A DNA stretch of 62,461 nt, the filler included, from Choristocarpus tenellus KU-1152 (lineage: Eukaryota > Protista > Phaeophyceae): assembly GCA_964200185.2 (NCBI GenBank). It is 8 parts of 8 records of this genome, joined end to end, with 100 filler letters (N's around TTAATTAATTAA, not from the genome) between each part and the next. Parts side by side here need not be neighbours in the genome. Positions count along the whole stretch, not along the records: positions 10,715 to 14,523 come from CAXNAD020017804.1; positions 14,624 to 21,902 come from CAXNAD020006418.1; positions 22,003 to 24,565 come from CAXNAD020026748.1; positions 24,666 to 38,809 come from CAXNAD020001270.1; 4 more parts are not named here. One strand, 5' to 3'. Made by a program: the position numbers and the translations under genes. Numbering within the stretch: the stretch's first letter is position 1; each line of letters begins with the position of its first letter. Positions 12,321 to 26,104 of this stretch are shown here, in pieces. The notes under the pieces were generated by a model that was not told where the DNA came from, searched no databases, and saw only the letters and a program-made list of their open reading frames with translations.

Positions 12321-13671
12321 CTACCCTACTGGAGTGCCCCTTGACTCTTTTCTCTTTGCAAGCAAACTTGGCGGATACTTGTCTGGAGCAAGGCCTTGAA
12401 GTGCAAACAGGCGAGCTGCTCGTTCATAGTGCGTACCCCCACACTTCACACCCCGTTGCTGGAGTTCCCCCTGCCACAAAGCATGACCCAGGGAGGAAAT
12501 TGCAATGAGAGGTTGGACAGTCCACAATGTAGTAAGGGGAAAAGAGATGCACCGATGTTTGGGGTCATAGGATTGGTGAAATCAAAGGGTGTTGGAATGG
12601 ATATGGAACTGGATGGGAGACATCCAAATCTATTCTATTGCATGCTAAACCAAAAAAGAAAAAAAGGGACGTCCCGATAGGCCCACACACACACAGACCC
12701 AACCCCAATCACAGGGGAAAAGTTAATGCGTTCTAGCTGGTCAACGCCAGGTGAAAGACATACCCTTGTTTGTCCCCAAGCGGTATCACAACACCAAGCG
12801 ACATGAAGCACAAAATTGGTGCACAACCCACCCACTGATCTTCCGGTCATTCCAACATCAAAACAGGATAGACAAGGTCGTGGGATGAATCTATATCCCC
12901 CACCTGGCTGATGGTGCATGTAGCTTGTCCATCTATCGGTGTAGATTCAATCATACTGAAAAAGATCCGTGCCCTTTCACCCCGTCATTTTCTACGGTCA
13001 CTATAAAAAAAAATTCTCAATAAACCGCACAGATATTTTCATGCAATTGCAATCTTGGCAGAAGATGAACTCACCTGAACACCAAAGCGTACTATTGTAT
13101 CTCAACTTCGGGTCGGTGATTAATCCCAACAGCCCAAAGATATAAAGAGCAGCACACTGATGGCTAAGAGGTTTGTAGACACAGACTTCCCCAGTCAACA
13201 ACACTCATCAAACAAGACACTCCCAACCCATCCAGTCAGAAAAGGCAACAATATCGCATAAAAAATCGACCACTGCAACTGGCCACCAACATAGACAGGG
13301 ATAGGACTTAGCTACCACTCAGTAGATACACGGAACATTAATCTCGTTACAATATATATATATATACATACACATACACACACCTTGAGTCGATTGGGTC
13401 CATGACGCGAAACCAACTCTGAAGCACACGAAAACCTATCCAGATCAATCGGCAGTGGCCCACTCCCCTTTCCCCCATCCTCGCCCTCATCCCTCTCAAG
13501 ATCTTTGTCCTCCGATCTCTCTGCACCTAACGATTGAGGCACAGCGTTTCCCACCACACTTGCCACGGGTTTGTATCCCCTTGGCAGGGGATACTTGAAG
13601 GCAGATGCGCCCACATTGACTCTCACTGCTTCTCCCTCCTCAAGGGACAAGGAAGGGACAAAACCTGACAA
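12321..13671 (-). CDS. SDE2: SDE2-like protein with upstream SPRY-type segment, last two exons (~13671-13384, 12470-12321); 5' part missing
   Basis: Phase-0 splice AAG|gtgtgt...ggcag|GGG gives PIDLDRFSCASELVSRHGPNRLK-GELQQRGVKCGGTHYERAARLFALQG..., matching the Sde2/SF3A3-type SAP-like C-terminal motif. The preceding GFVPSLSLEEGEAVRVNVGASAFKYPLPRGYKP resembles a SPRY domain end. Confidence 0.75.
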
Positions 13672-13912
13672 CTGCTAACGAGAAAAAAGGAGAAGAGTAG
13701 GTGACAAGGAGGGGATCAATTAAAAAGAGGTACACCTCCTGCTAGAAGCAAGAACCTATCGACACGTTGAACAAAAAATTAGAAAAAAAAATGTGCAAAA
13801 ACAAAAAATACAGCAAAAACCTAAATAAATAAATAAAGGCAGACTGGCCATGTTCACCACCAAATTCTTGCAAGGGAAGAACGTACAAAAGAGCAGCACA
13901 CATACGCTACAT

Positions 13913-14105
13913 AAAACGCAAAACGCTTAAACAAGTCCCCCCCCCCCCACCGGCAAAAACCCCTTCTGAGGGTTCTATAATATTGCAGCAAGAAAAGGCG
14001 TGCATACCCTAAAAAAAACGCAAAACGCTTAAACAAGTCCCCCCCCCCCCCATGGACATCAACCACTTCTGAGGGTTCTATAGTCGTGCACCAAGAAAGG
14101 GCGTC
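13913..14105. repeat. Two-copy ~101-bp tandem repeat
   Basis: AAAACGCAAAACGCTTAAACAAGTC(C)n...CTTCTGAGGGTTCTATA repeated twice. Confidence 0.8.
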
Positions 14106-14684
14106 CAAAGCAGAGAGCTCACCTTCACCACACCCACAGGGGCAGTTACCTGGGTGGATTACAAGAGTTCTGCATCAATTCAAGGGTAATCAACAAAAAG
14201 AGCTTGATGCGTACATGACCGATGATGATAGTAGAGTAGCACACCACAAACAACCTGTTACATGTAACAACAGAACAAAATATTCCAACTCCAAGACATC
14301 CACCCACATGCCAGTTAAATAACTAGACCAATGCTTGAGATGTGCGCTCTCCAATGCATACAGTTCACCTCAAAAACTCTATTCCCTACCCAGGGTCTGG
14401 AGTTCCACTCCCTAGACACAAGCGTAAAAAACTCTACCATGCTACACCCCCCTCACCACTCCCCCCCCCCCATCAACGTAATTGCTAAAAACAACACTAA
14501 CAAAGAAGTACCATCTTCACACCNNNNNNNNNNNNNNNNNNNNNNNNNNNNNNNNNNNNNNNNNNNNTTAATTAATTAANNNNNNNNNNNNNNNNNNNNN
14601 NNNNNNNNNNNNNNNNNNNNNNNCCCACCCCCCCCCAACACCAACTCCCCCCTCTCCCCGTCGCCCCCCAAAGCGAAACGGAAA

Positions 14685-14716
<32 letters not shown>

Positions 14717-16597
14717 GGATTCTTTGATGATGACTCTGGGTTGTGTGTGGAAGACATGGGGTTGTAGGGGGGCATGGGTATGACACCCCAAGGAGCAAAT
14801 TCATACAAATCTCTCAGCACAATGAAGGTGTTTGTTCGTGGCACACGCCACTGTTGGCAACTGTTGTTGTCCTCCCATCAGGAGCGGGCATTTAGCTAAT
14901 CGTGTGCAAAAGTAAACCATTGCACTTAGTAATGACAAGGCTTGAACAACCACCCTCCCTAGATTGAACATTGATCTTTATCTTGAGCAGCATAATCCCC
15001 CCCGAACCCCCACCCCCCATCCCCCCCCACACTTGCAACCTATTTTTATATTCCATCAAAACACTGACAGATCGACTTCCTCAAATCAAAGATAATGCTC
15101 CCTCCACCACAATAACAAGTCAACTTGCTCAGCCTGTTTTCAAAGCATATACATCTCAAGGTGATTGCCCTTATCGTTCCGGTAAGGCGTTATGATCAAA
15201 TCCAAAAGTTGGACGAAAGTCACCAACCTCCCCAAGAACCCGGCCAGCTTCTGTTCCCCTCCACCCACCCTGGCAGGTGCCACTTGGCCACTGACTAACA
15301 ACCAAAAAACAAAAACTCTTGACAAGAGTATAGGTTATCCAATGTATGTTTGTCCATTGGAGCTACAGCAGCCGTAGGTCCTCACCACTTGCAAGAGGGT
15401 CAACCATCTAGTCAGATAGAAGCACACTCCCATCAAAAACACTAAACAAACAGTGCCTGACATCCCACAGAACTATCATCGAAACCCCTAGCCACAAGAA
15501 AGAGAAAATTACCTACACCCACTTCTCATCGACCCCCCTGCCCCAGCCTCTCGAAACATCAGAGTATGTATCAATAAAAAAGAAATGATACCCTCAAGAG
15601 AAAAAATAAGGCCTAAAAAAAACTTCCTTTCAGAACAGAAATATCATTAACGATGACTTTGACTGGTGACAAAATAAGGTACTATTTTTGCAGATTGACC
15701 AATGCCGTACACTCATCCCCTGCTACAGTATCAACGTTGCCAGTCCCTTGTGTGTATACATGCACGTATTTTCAAAGAAAAAACCATAGCATTGAGTACT
15801 CTTCACAACATCAAAAAATTCACTCAGCACCAATACGTGTAACATAGTACAATTATCACTACTATTATGGATAGCATCCAACCCAAATATTACTGAAAGA
15901 CAGTGGTCTCCTCACTCCATGATCATCTTTTACAAGAACTTTTCGACTGTACAAACCCATTATAAACATGAGGCAGGCGTATGTATCTCTGCAGATGTGG
16001 TCAAGGGACAGAAAATAAATAGGAGTCGGCCAATAAACAAAAAAACATCATCCCACTGCACATACAGTTTGTTTCACAAGGAAAACAAAAAGGGATTCAA
16101 GAGTCACCCTCTACTAAATGGAATCTGACTTCCTCAACAACCGTAGGGTTAGGGTTAGGGTCCTTATTCCTGAAGACGCATTTATGTGTTCACCAGAACC
16201 TTCAGACTGACAAACACAAACGCTTGAACAGATGAAAGAATCAAGTGGCAACAAATCTATCATGTATCACTCTAGCAACCCAAGGAGAACCTCTTATCAT
16301 AGTTGCATAGGACATAGGGCTAGCTAGTTCAAGAAATATATAATATATGTAGGACTGTAGAGCCATAATAACTCTAACGCCAGCCTTTTATCCACAGCAA
16401 GAGGCAAGAGCCTTCCAAGAATAGAAATACTGCACACACTCCAACCTCTCGGAAACTTCTTCCTCACAAGCATCAACCTCAAAAATACCGTAACCTCCCC
16501 CTCCCATCCTCTAAAATTAAGGATGCAACACCTTCAATATTGTCACAATCAACAAGAAAACATAAATAAACGCACAAACAAACAATAAATTAATATA

Positions 16598-16672
16598 TAC
16601 ACATACACATACACATACACATATACATAACATACACATATACATACACATACACATAACATACACATATAC

Positions 16673-16727
<55 letters not shown>

Positions 16728-16738
16728 TGCACACACAC
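16598..16738. repeat. (CATACA)n microsatellite at the start of an intron
   Basis: Direct reading. Confidence 0.95.
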
Positions 16739-16742
16739 TTAC

Positions 16743-17412
16743 ATCAGCATCCTTGATGAAGAGCAGACCATCTTCCCCAATGCTGGTCCCGCTGATCCGA
16801 CCCCCATCACCAACAGTGATACCACTTATTCCACTAATGCGTGTCTCATCTCCAATGCTGATACCACGGATAGATTCAACCTCCTCATCTCCCTCCACCT
16901 TTATCACTATCCCAAGATCCTCTATCCCAACCCCAACACTGCCCCTCAATGGATCATCATTGTCACCAATGGCGTTCTCTTCCCCTCCTCCTTGCAAGCC
17001 TCCATTGCCTTTGCTCAGTGTCATACCCCCAGGGTCATCTTCACTATCAGTACCCCCCGTGTCAATTGTCTCCTCTTTCTCAGAGGAGCCGAGGTCCATA
17101 AAACCCAGATCTAGGTCTTGGAGAAGATCCAGCTGATTGGAGTGGTTAAGCAACCCCTGTTCCATAAGACCTGTTCAGGCGTATTGTCAACAGAACGACC
17201 GGTAAGGAATGCGAGTGACGTAAACTCAACTCACCATTTTCCAGGGGGTGACAAAATACATACCTTAAGAGCACAAGGGGTTGAGACTTCGGGTGGGATT
17301 GTTGGTGCAGTGAAGGGAGAAAAGGGAGTAGAGCATCAGGAGGCAAAGGGCAACATGGAGCATATTTGGAATGAGAGGAGTGACTTGGAGAAAGAAGTGA
17401 TCATCATTTCAT

Positions 17413-17464
<52 letters not shown>

Positions 17465-19268
17465 ACACATACAACAAAAAAATAATAATATGAGACAAGA
17501 GTAAGGAGAGTATAATGACAGAAAAGGGCATTAAAGAAGACATTCAAGTAAACCAGAAAAAAATGATCAAGTGAAAATTCTGCCAATAATATCCGTTGAA
17601 AAGGAGCGGAGACAGCTGTTGAACAATCCGTCCTCTTAAAAATACCAATGTTTTTGTGCCGCCATTCTTCTAAACTTAAAAAAATACCATGACCCAAGGA
17701 GCTTTCTACAGTATATTTGCAGAGTTGCTTGTCACTTGCAGCCTACATCTCAATGCCTGAGTGCCACCATTCTCCTTCAAAGGAATCATCTCTTGCATTA
17801 GCAGGTTTCGAGTGCACATCTGCACCATCTACACATCACCTTATCTTGCAATGAAATCCATCACCCTATGGCGTGGACATTTTCATTTGAAATTTCAGCC
17901 ACCATTCTGAAGAGTGCAACCAGTTGACTGGTTGCATGTTGAGATCATATTCCAAGGACAGCATGATAGGCGCGTCTACTGCGAGAGAAACATATGCTAT
18001 ACAAAGACAACACAATGCACCAGGATGGACCAACCAAACTGTGGTGGTATGTGCGACTTGAATATGGGGAGAGTTGAAGCTTTAATCTCAACTGAGAGCC
18101 CTGAGGTCATAAAGCAGACAGCCCTGTTCATAGATACAAACTGACTATTTTCCAGTCCTACCGCATACACAAACACGTTCAATTCAAATGATACCACTGT
18201 TCATCTCAGCGCACTCTATTTCATGTCAGCACCTAAGATAGGCTGTTGCTTTTACCTCACGTGGCTCTCTGCAGGAGAAGAAATCTCTACATCAATACTA
18301 GGAAGAAAAAAAAACGTGTGATTTGCTAATTTATGTCTGCTTCTGCCTTGAGACATACTACTGCCACATCAAACAAGTCACAAACTTGCATTATAGTCCA
18401 CGCCGAATCAGTAGGAGGTTTCACTGTTGATCGATTCGAAAACTTCCCCCATTGGGTCACTTGTCAAATCATGTTGGTCCGCCCCTTTATCTGGACCTTC
18501 AACACTCAGCCCTTCAAAACTCACCCTCCAAGGGCGTAGGATCCCCACTCTCGTAGGCATCAAGTGCATTTTGCAGTTGATGATCTCCACTGATGATGAG
18601 TTCCTTCAGAACGCCCTTTTGCGTCTTGTTGATCAAGCCCCTCTCTTCTAGATCCGAGGCGGATCGTAGACGACCGGATATACTTGTATTACATGCACGC
18701 TTTATACGTGACACCTACACAGGATACCAATCAAGGCATGTAGGGACAGTCGTTCAAGAGTGTTGTTTGGTGCGAGCCATGTTACTTCGAAAGATGAAGC
18801 CGGTGAGGGATCATGAGAACCTTAATCTATCATGCGTGTGCTTAAATATTTCCCGTAAGCTCCGTACATTTGGGTTTCAGAAGAGGCAAAGGAGCCGAGC
18901 CACTTCCGATGAGTTGACTTGGAAATGGGGTAGAGCGAACCTTCCTTGAAGTTGGTTCACCTGCCAGACCAACATTCCATAACTCGAGGTCTACTATTGT
19001 TGACTCCGACACCACTGAACAGCAATAACATCTCCGATACCTATTTTCACTTCGAAGACACACTGTGCATATTCAATCAATCGCCAACTGTAGTTGTTGA
19101 CATCATCTGACCTTCATAACCTGGTCATCTATGACTCACCTCGTAACTCGCAGGGGTGAAGTTTGGAGGTGTGTGGGAAATCATTAGGCTATTCCCAAAT
19201 AATGGTATTCCTTGAAGATGTGGATCATCTCCAAAGAGCCCCAAGGCCTCGTTCTTGCCGAGGCTCAT
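16743..19268 (-). CDS. Stramenopile protein with the HTPP..SYE / SISGRLRSASDLEE..GxLKxLIISGD motif (N-terminal region I recall from ochrophyte CCT-motif proteins); exons 19268-19140, 18714-18525, 17170-16743; 3' end uncertain
   Basis: Three exons join in frame with canonical sites (GAG|gtgagt, tag|GTG, G|gtgagt, cag|GT, GAT|gtaagt). Peptide MSLGKNEA...SHTPPNFTPASYE-VSRIKRACNTSISGRLRSASDLEERGLINKTQKGVLKELIISGDHQLQNALDAYE...LDLLQDLDLGF. No CCT domain is seen in the window. Confidence 0.7.
17415..17461. repeat. (CT)n microsatellite
   Basis: Direct reading. Confidence 0.95.
17530..17720 (-). mobile_element. Possible highly decayed Ty3/gypsy reverse-transcriptase fragment (intronic)
   Basis: APWVMVFF*V*KNGG and SAPFQRILLAEFSLDHFFLVYLNVF loosely resemble the SPW..V.KKDG and APATFQR...VYLDD motifs. 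Confidence 0.3.
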
Positions 19269-21784
19269 CGCCACCTTGTTGACGAGGGCGCCCTCGGCGC
19301 CTTAGGGTATTGAGAAGACTCTCCGTTAATTGATTCTGAACAGAGCAAGAACGCAACAAACGCAAAACACGTGACAACACGTACACGGCTCACGAAGGGA
19401 GTAGACCTTCACTGAATTCCAGGGGATAACACCAAGAGTTCCAAGATATCACGTCCAGGCCTGAACAAAAGTGATGCGCTAGAGATCTCTTTTTCTCCGG
19501 TCGACTTGTCCGACCTACTATAAATTTCCTCCACAACAACTATAACCCCAACAGCATTCTTAGTCTAGTTCACTTCACACCTTTCCCACCCCTCCAAAGA
19601 TTCTTTGATCGTGACGGGCGTGGACTTGTTGATGTGTCCCTAACAGGGTTCCTTGAGATTATTTTATGTTAACTTAGGTGGCAGCTGGGAGAATCATCAC
19701 AAAATCACAGAAATTCATAATAATCAGTTCCATCTAGAGTTCCATCTTGATTCAGTCTTCAATATTTCTTCCTCTTCTTAGTAGACAACAAACTTGTGTT
19801 TCTAAGAAATGAAGACATGTCAAGTTCAGTTTGGGAGGAAGAGCGACAAATAAAGGTATAAGAACATTGTTGGTACTACAAAGTTACACGAAGTAGTATT
19901 TTTTGTGTTGTTTTTGTTGTGTTCTTTTCCTCGCATATCTTCCCTTTCTCCCTCCATTCCATAACATCTGTAAAAAAGAAGTTACTGAGCATGATAATAA
20001 TTTACTATATCATAGTCTTAACAGTATTGTCATAAAACCAAAGGTCGTGACTTATCTCTGAAAAGTAGTATTTCCATGTCCAAGTAATAATTAATATGCA
20101 GACAGCACAAAATGACTTCACATCCTCAAAAAGTAGTATTTCGGAGCAAAACTACTGCTCATAAAACTTCGTTATATTTTTAGCAATAATTGGAATCTGA
20201 AAAGATTGGGCTCACACGTAACAGAACTATTCGATGCCTCATCAAAATGTTTTATTACTTACATGATGTATGTACCCCAAAACTACAAGTAGTAACTTGG
20301 TTGATTCACAGAACTACTGACCTACTGACCTTCGATGGAACTATGCCGCCAGATTTTGAGGGAGGTTCACACAAATATAAGTGTACATGTTACTGAGATG
20401 TGGAAACAGAGAGTAAGGTTGCCAAGAGTACTAACAATATGTCTTGCGTTTCACAATAACTAAGCAAAACGTATCTACGCAGAATAATACAAGATGATAT
20501 CCTCAACAAAAATATTTTACATTGAGAAAACCCCTTGTTTCCAAAATATCACAAAATCTTCACTCCCACCAGAAGAAGGATTGTGGATGAGTGGGGGGGT
20601 AATTGGGTCTATATATAATCCAGTTCCCTACCCTCTTGTTATCTCAAGTGGCTGATGTGAGGTATGCAGGTTTCTTTTTTATTGGGTTGGACGGGTTAAT
20701 CCATCATGTTGACTATCACTCCTGAATGTTCAGTGTGTGCTTTTTTGTCCTAACCTATTGTCATAAATATAGTGTTGCTACAACTTTCAGTTATTTCTCA
20801 GCAAAAAGAGCAGCTAAAATTTGGAATTGAGCAGTTAGAACCAAAACTAGCTTTCATCTCCGAGAAAGGTCGAGATGGCACCGTTTTGTACAATTGCAGA
20901 AAGAGCCTTCGCAGAGTTATGGTGACACTTTGTGTGTGGAAAGGGGGATGTAAATTTTGCGTACACTATTGTACACATAGAGCAACCAAATAGTGAGTAT
21001 TGCACAGGGTAAGAAGGAGTGCAAAAGGATGCACACGCCTTCCTGCATCTTAAATGATGTAGCTCACCAGCAAAAAAGAAAGAAAGGTAAAACATCAACG
21101 AAAAGAGAGGTACCATATTACAAGATATTGCAGTGGATTCTTGTCCTTTTCGCATTAATTGAAAATGAACAGTGTACACAAGGAGAGCATAGATAAGAGG
21201 GCTCCCTTACTTTATAGCCCACACCGTGGCTTCATTATGGATTTGATTTTCTCGAGTGGTACTCTCCTTGGCTCACATGCTGCAGAGCTTCATAGAGGTG
21301 ATGTTAACATCCTAGGGTTGATTTCACACTGTACTATTCATTGCTCCTCAAACTTTTCTGTCGTCATACCATGCTTCAAAAAAAAAACTGCAAACAGTTC
21401 CAAAGACCACACACACCAGAAGATGATTCCTACTCCCGCATCAGAGCTCAACTTGACAGATGACCAGAACTTGGAGATTAGTGTACAGCATTTGCAGACT
21501 TACATCTATCTCTTAGGTTCATTAGGGGGGACAACTGAAAGATCTTGGTTCACTTATTCGTAACTCAAACTAACCTACCCTTGAAACTCAACATAACATC
21601 TACCTATCCATTCAAACGCTAATACCTCGCTCACTTGTCAATATCCCTGCAGTTACTATTCATTGCAATACTAAAACTCTTCTCAGGAGGTATTGTAAGA
21701 AGGCTAGGATTCCCTTTCTTCACGATTTACTGCACTATTTGTACTATATAGTATGATACTATTTAAGTGGTGAGGACTCTACCA

Positions 21785-22165
21785 GAGCTAAAGTATCTTA
21801 GAAGGTAGAGCAGCGTCCATTTGGGGGTCAAAATCCAATGCTATGATTTTTATGTAATTTTGGCTATGGTGTTTGTTAGGAGGTATCAATGTCTATGTTT
21901 CGNNNNNNNNNNNNNNNNNNNNNNNNNNNNNNNNNNNNNNNNNNNNTTAATTAATTAANNNNNNNNNNNNNNNNNNNNNNNNNNNNNNNNNNNNNNNNNN
22001 NNGACTGTTTTCGCAAAACAACCATCCTCATAGTCCTGCACCATCCTCAATTTTGAGAAAGACCTGTTATATACCGAAACGTTTCGGAGTAGTAGGAAAA
22101 TGTCATAAGAAACCGATGGGAAGCCAAGTCCCAAACGGACAAAGAGGTCAAACCTCCTACCCACA
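21785..22165. mobile_element. MITE family A sequence on both sides of an assembly gap
   Basis: GAGCTAAAGTATCTTAGAAGGTAGAG start; family A internal sequence resumes after the gap in the same orientation. Confidence 0.7.
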
Positions 22166-22471
22166 TAAATGCTAATTGATGGTTGATCGAGCACTATTCA
22201 CAATGATCTGGGGGAGTGTTTACAACATCAATCGGGTGAAATGATGTATGGGTAATTGATTATTTGTACTAGTTTCACTTTCGGTGATGTAATACGTCGA
22301 TATTGTGATCATCGAATTGGTAATTAATGGTGTTGGAATTTTCACAAGTGATTGAGTGAACAAAATGTACGTGTATATGCAGACGTCAACTACTCCAACG
22401 GAGTATTAATGAAACCGCGTGAATGGTCCAAAATGTGTTTTCTGAAGAGGTGTCACCTATCCAACATTCAA

Positions 22472-22649
22472 GGCTCAAAGTATCTGGGGGGGGTTGGCGG
22501 CTGTCCAGTCGGGGTCAATTTGTTTATGTTGCGATTTTCGTGTGATTTGGTTGTATACGTCGGATGGATATTGTAAGTGCACTTTTACTGGTTATGGACA
22601 AAATGGACACCCTGGTAGACCCCCTCCCCAACCCCAGATACTTTGGGTC
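22472..22649. mobile_element. MITE family B (~180 bp)
   Basis: GGCTCAAAGTATCTGGGGG ... CCCCAGATACTTTGGGTC. Confidence 0.88.
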
Positions 22650-22770
22650 CAAGACCATTCAAGAAGACAAGGAAACCCTGAAGAATTTGATAGGGAGGCG
22701 GAAACTAAGGACTAGTACCTTGATCCTCGACCCCAGGGAGGAGAGGAGGGTTAGCTGACGGAATTGTTGG

Positions 22771-22991
22771 ACACTACCCGAAGAAGGAGATTGCAGGACG
22801 GAAGAGGAAAACGTGTAAATCTGTATAATTTTGATTAATTTCGTGGAGGAAAGCAAACTCATCGATGATCACAACACAGGGTCTGGAGGAAATCCTATGT
22901 AAAATCAGGTCACACACTACCCGAAGAAGGAGAACACAGGACGAAAGAGGAAAACTTGAATAACTGTATCATTTTGATGAATTTCGTGGAG
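22771..22991. repeat. Two-copy ~78-bp direct repeat (period ~143 bp)
   Basis: ACACTACCCGAAGAAGGAGA...AAGAGGAAAAC...ATTTTGAT.AATTTCGTGGAG at 22771 and 22914. Confidence 0.8.
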
Positions 22992-24507
22992 AGATACCTT
23001 CACTTTATGACAACTGTTACTTTTTCAGAGTTCTGACATTTGAATGGTTTTGAATGCTTTTGAATGGTTTTTCCCTGACACATCTACAAAATGTTAGAGG
23101 ACAAAATAATATCATAATTCGGTATGGTAATTTCTTGCTTTTCGGGGGTATTTTGATTTTCTGGACAGTATGGTACCGTCAGTACAGTTGTTCCACAGTT
23201 TTCCAAAATGGTGGAGGTTTCCATCTTGAGTCATTCTTCTAGACACCTTGGAAGACCCCTCTCATCATATGCTGGCGGACTATCGCCTGTTGATGTGTCA
23301 AGCATGCCACCTGATCAAACCTTACCATCTTCAATTGTTGCACTGTTCCTTCGGGAAATTATGAAATTGTAAATTAGCTAAAGTGGTAACATGAGTGTGA
23401 TTGTGAGTATGATTGTAAGTATAGTGCAAGATGCATGAGAGGTTTGAAATGTCCGTAGCTGTTGCTGGTGGAGCAGAAGTAGGATATCAATGGTGAAGTA
23501 GAGTTCTTCGGTGATGGCTCTCGCAGTTTAATTGCACACCAGATCACGAACAGGCTATGTAATATCTCTGGCATCGTGCAGTGGGCACCCTTTCCTCCAG
23601 GAAACAGATGAGTGTCGACATACCCACACTTGTTGCTGTTGAGTTCAAATGGGGAAACAGGAAGGTGGACAATGTGATTTGTTTTGCCGGGACAAACGTC
23701 AAACCGTGGGCACAACGTCTATCCAACAAGAATGGCGACTTGTCACACAAGGGGGTGTGGAATAATTGACAAGGCGACCATTTTCACCGTGCTGCCCTTC
23801 GCCAGTTGATTATGTCCTGCTCATTTTTCCTTTTGCCGACCATACATTAACCTCCATCACCTCCTTGTGTGTTTCTCCTGCTTATGGAACTGGTTCAGTT
23901 GGGTGAGAAGCCCAGATATACCATCCTTGGAGATGTTATTAAGGAGATGCCCGCACTCCGTTCATCTGCCATAATTGACGACCAAGACAGCACCCTCTCC
24001 ACTTTTCCTGGTTTCTTTGGGGGGGGTGAACGTGTGTTCTTTGAGAACTTCCATATCACTGATCTCTTGTGGAAGACTTCCCCAGTTTGGTAAGCTCAAT
24101 AGTAATCACCGCCCCCACGCTGCCCTTCAAACCAAGTTGAAGAGAAGTCGGAAGAGGCCTCTCTGACCCTTGTGATGGTTTGCCAGTCGCAGTAGACCCT
24201 TGCCCCCGCAATGCCTGAACGAGTATCCACAGGTGAGGTGTCATCCTCTGATGAAGATCAACCTCTACCTCTTCATCCTCAGTCCCCCTTCACCAACCCT
24301 TGAGCCTTCGCTTTCCATCTCCATCAATCAGTCACAGAAGGAATCAAGTGACACTTATCTATGATATGTTTATTACCTTTGGTCGTATCATCATCCACAA
24401 ATGACACCTCTTGGGGTCTCGTGTCTTGAACCAGATGAATATGAAGAAATAATTTTGTGTTGATGACATATCTCATGTTTCATACTTCTAAGTATATCTA
24501 CACTTGG

Positions 24508-24758
24508 GGGTCAAAGTATCTTGGGGGGGGGGGGGGTGTGTGAGGGAGCGTCCGTTTCGGCCCAANNNNNNNNNNNNNNNNNNNNNNNNNNNNNNNNNNN
24601 NNNNNNNNNTTAATTAATTAANNNNNNNNNNNNNNNNNNNNNNNNNNNNNNNNNNNNNNNNNNNNCCAGATGGAAAATGAATGTGAACTTTTCCTGGTCA
24701 GGGCCCAAATGAACACCCTGGTGTAGACCCTCCCCCCCCCCCGCAGATACTTTGAGTC
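24508..24758. mobile_element. MITE family B halves flanking an assembly gap
   Basis: Both TIRs present, but the flanks (TTGG vs TACA) do not form a TSD. Confidence 0.75.
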
Positions 24759-26104
24759 TACAGTTTGTGTATAGGTCAGATTTTGTCACAACACTTTGAC
24801 TTCGACATAAGATACCTTGTGTGCAAAAGACTCAAGGAGTCACACCAGACCCTCTCCTCTTCCCTATCCCTCTCCCTGTTGTATGCTCACAACCCCTGAG
24901 GGGTACAGCCCCTTTCAGAGTAGCCTATAAATTGTTGTAAATATTTTGATATAATAAAATGATACACATTTTTCTGTAATTTAGAACACATTTTATATAT
25001 TTTTCAATTATTTTATACATTCACCATCATTACTATCACACTACTGAAGTTGCAAAATGTATTCTTTTAGGTAATAGTCTTGATATCATATTTCTATTAG
25101 TGTTATAAGACAAAGAACTTGCGGTTATTAAGTTGAAGGCAACTAGAAAATTTCCTATTATGTGGTTGAACTGTTGGTCACAGGCCGATACCCTCAAATT
25201 GCGCAGTTTGCCAAGTGGTACATGTTGCTGTGAGGTTCAAAACTCCTGGGCTTGAACAGAGCCCCTCCAGAGAGGCGAATTTTGTCCTACACTCTATCCT
25301 ACCCTTTTTCTCATTTCCAGAGGCGTGTTCTCCAGTAGTTTTTGAGATGGAATATTGCTCATTCATGCCCTACTTTAAAGGAAAGCTGAAGATGCATGAA
25401 GGGTTGGCAGATGGATCCACAAAACTGTTGAGACCCAAATACACCAAAGTCTTCAGGCAGACCCAAAGTCGTAAATGTGTGTAGAGAGATTTGGGTAGTG
25501 ACACCTTGTGACCAATGCAATAGGTTGTGTTGTGGGTGATTTTGTGACTTTCTGAGATATTCAGTCTTACTTCTGTTTGTACTTAAAAAATATTCCTGTC
25601 CCGAATAACTAATCATTCTTAGTTCAGTTGTTGTGTTCTTTCCAATTAGCTGAGCTGAAGTCCAATGACCTGTTTCCATTCACATTACAAATGAATATCT
25701 TCTTTATGTTGGTATTATCACTGTTTTTGAAATAATTATAAAACATCTTTCACATTTACGACAATGGTTGCTTTTTCAGGGGTTGCTTTGATATTTGATC
25801 GACTTTTCATTGTTTTTTCCCCTAATGCATCTACAAAATCTCAGAGGGTATTATAATATAATATAAAGAGAACAAGCACAAAATGTAGTTTTAAATTCTA
25901 AATTAATACCAGTATTTGACTATTAATAATGACAGCAATATATTTTCTTTATGCACAGAAAATGATTCAACAATAGTATTTTAGATTAGAACATGTTTTG
26001 CACTTTGAATATAAATAAAATATAAATATGAAAATATTGTCTAATAGAATATATTTTACTACAAAAATACATTATTACTCTACATTTCAATTATTCAAAT
26101 TGTC

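Noticed and set aside
16517-16738. VYVYVY / MCMCMC ORFs
   Set aside because: Translation of an intronic (CATACA)n microsatellite.
23250-24430. Decayed coding-like sequence (similar stretches at 11000-11900, 30300-32800, 54350-57100)
   Set aside because: Probably old TE debris, but no diagnostic motif could be read with confidence.
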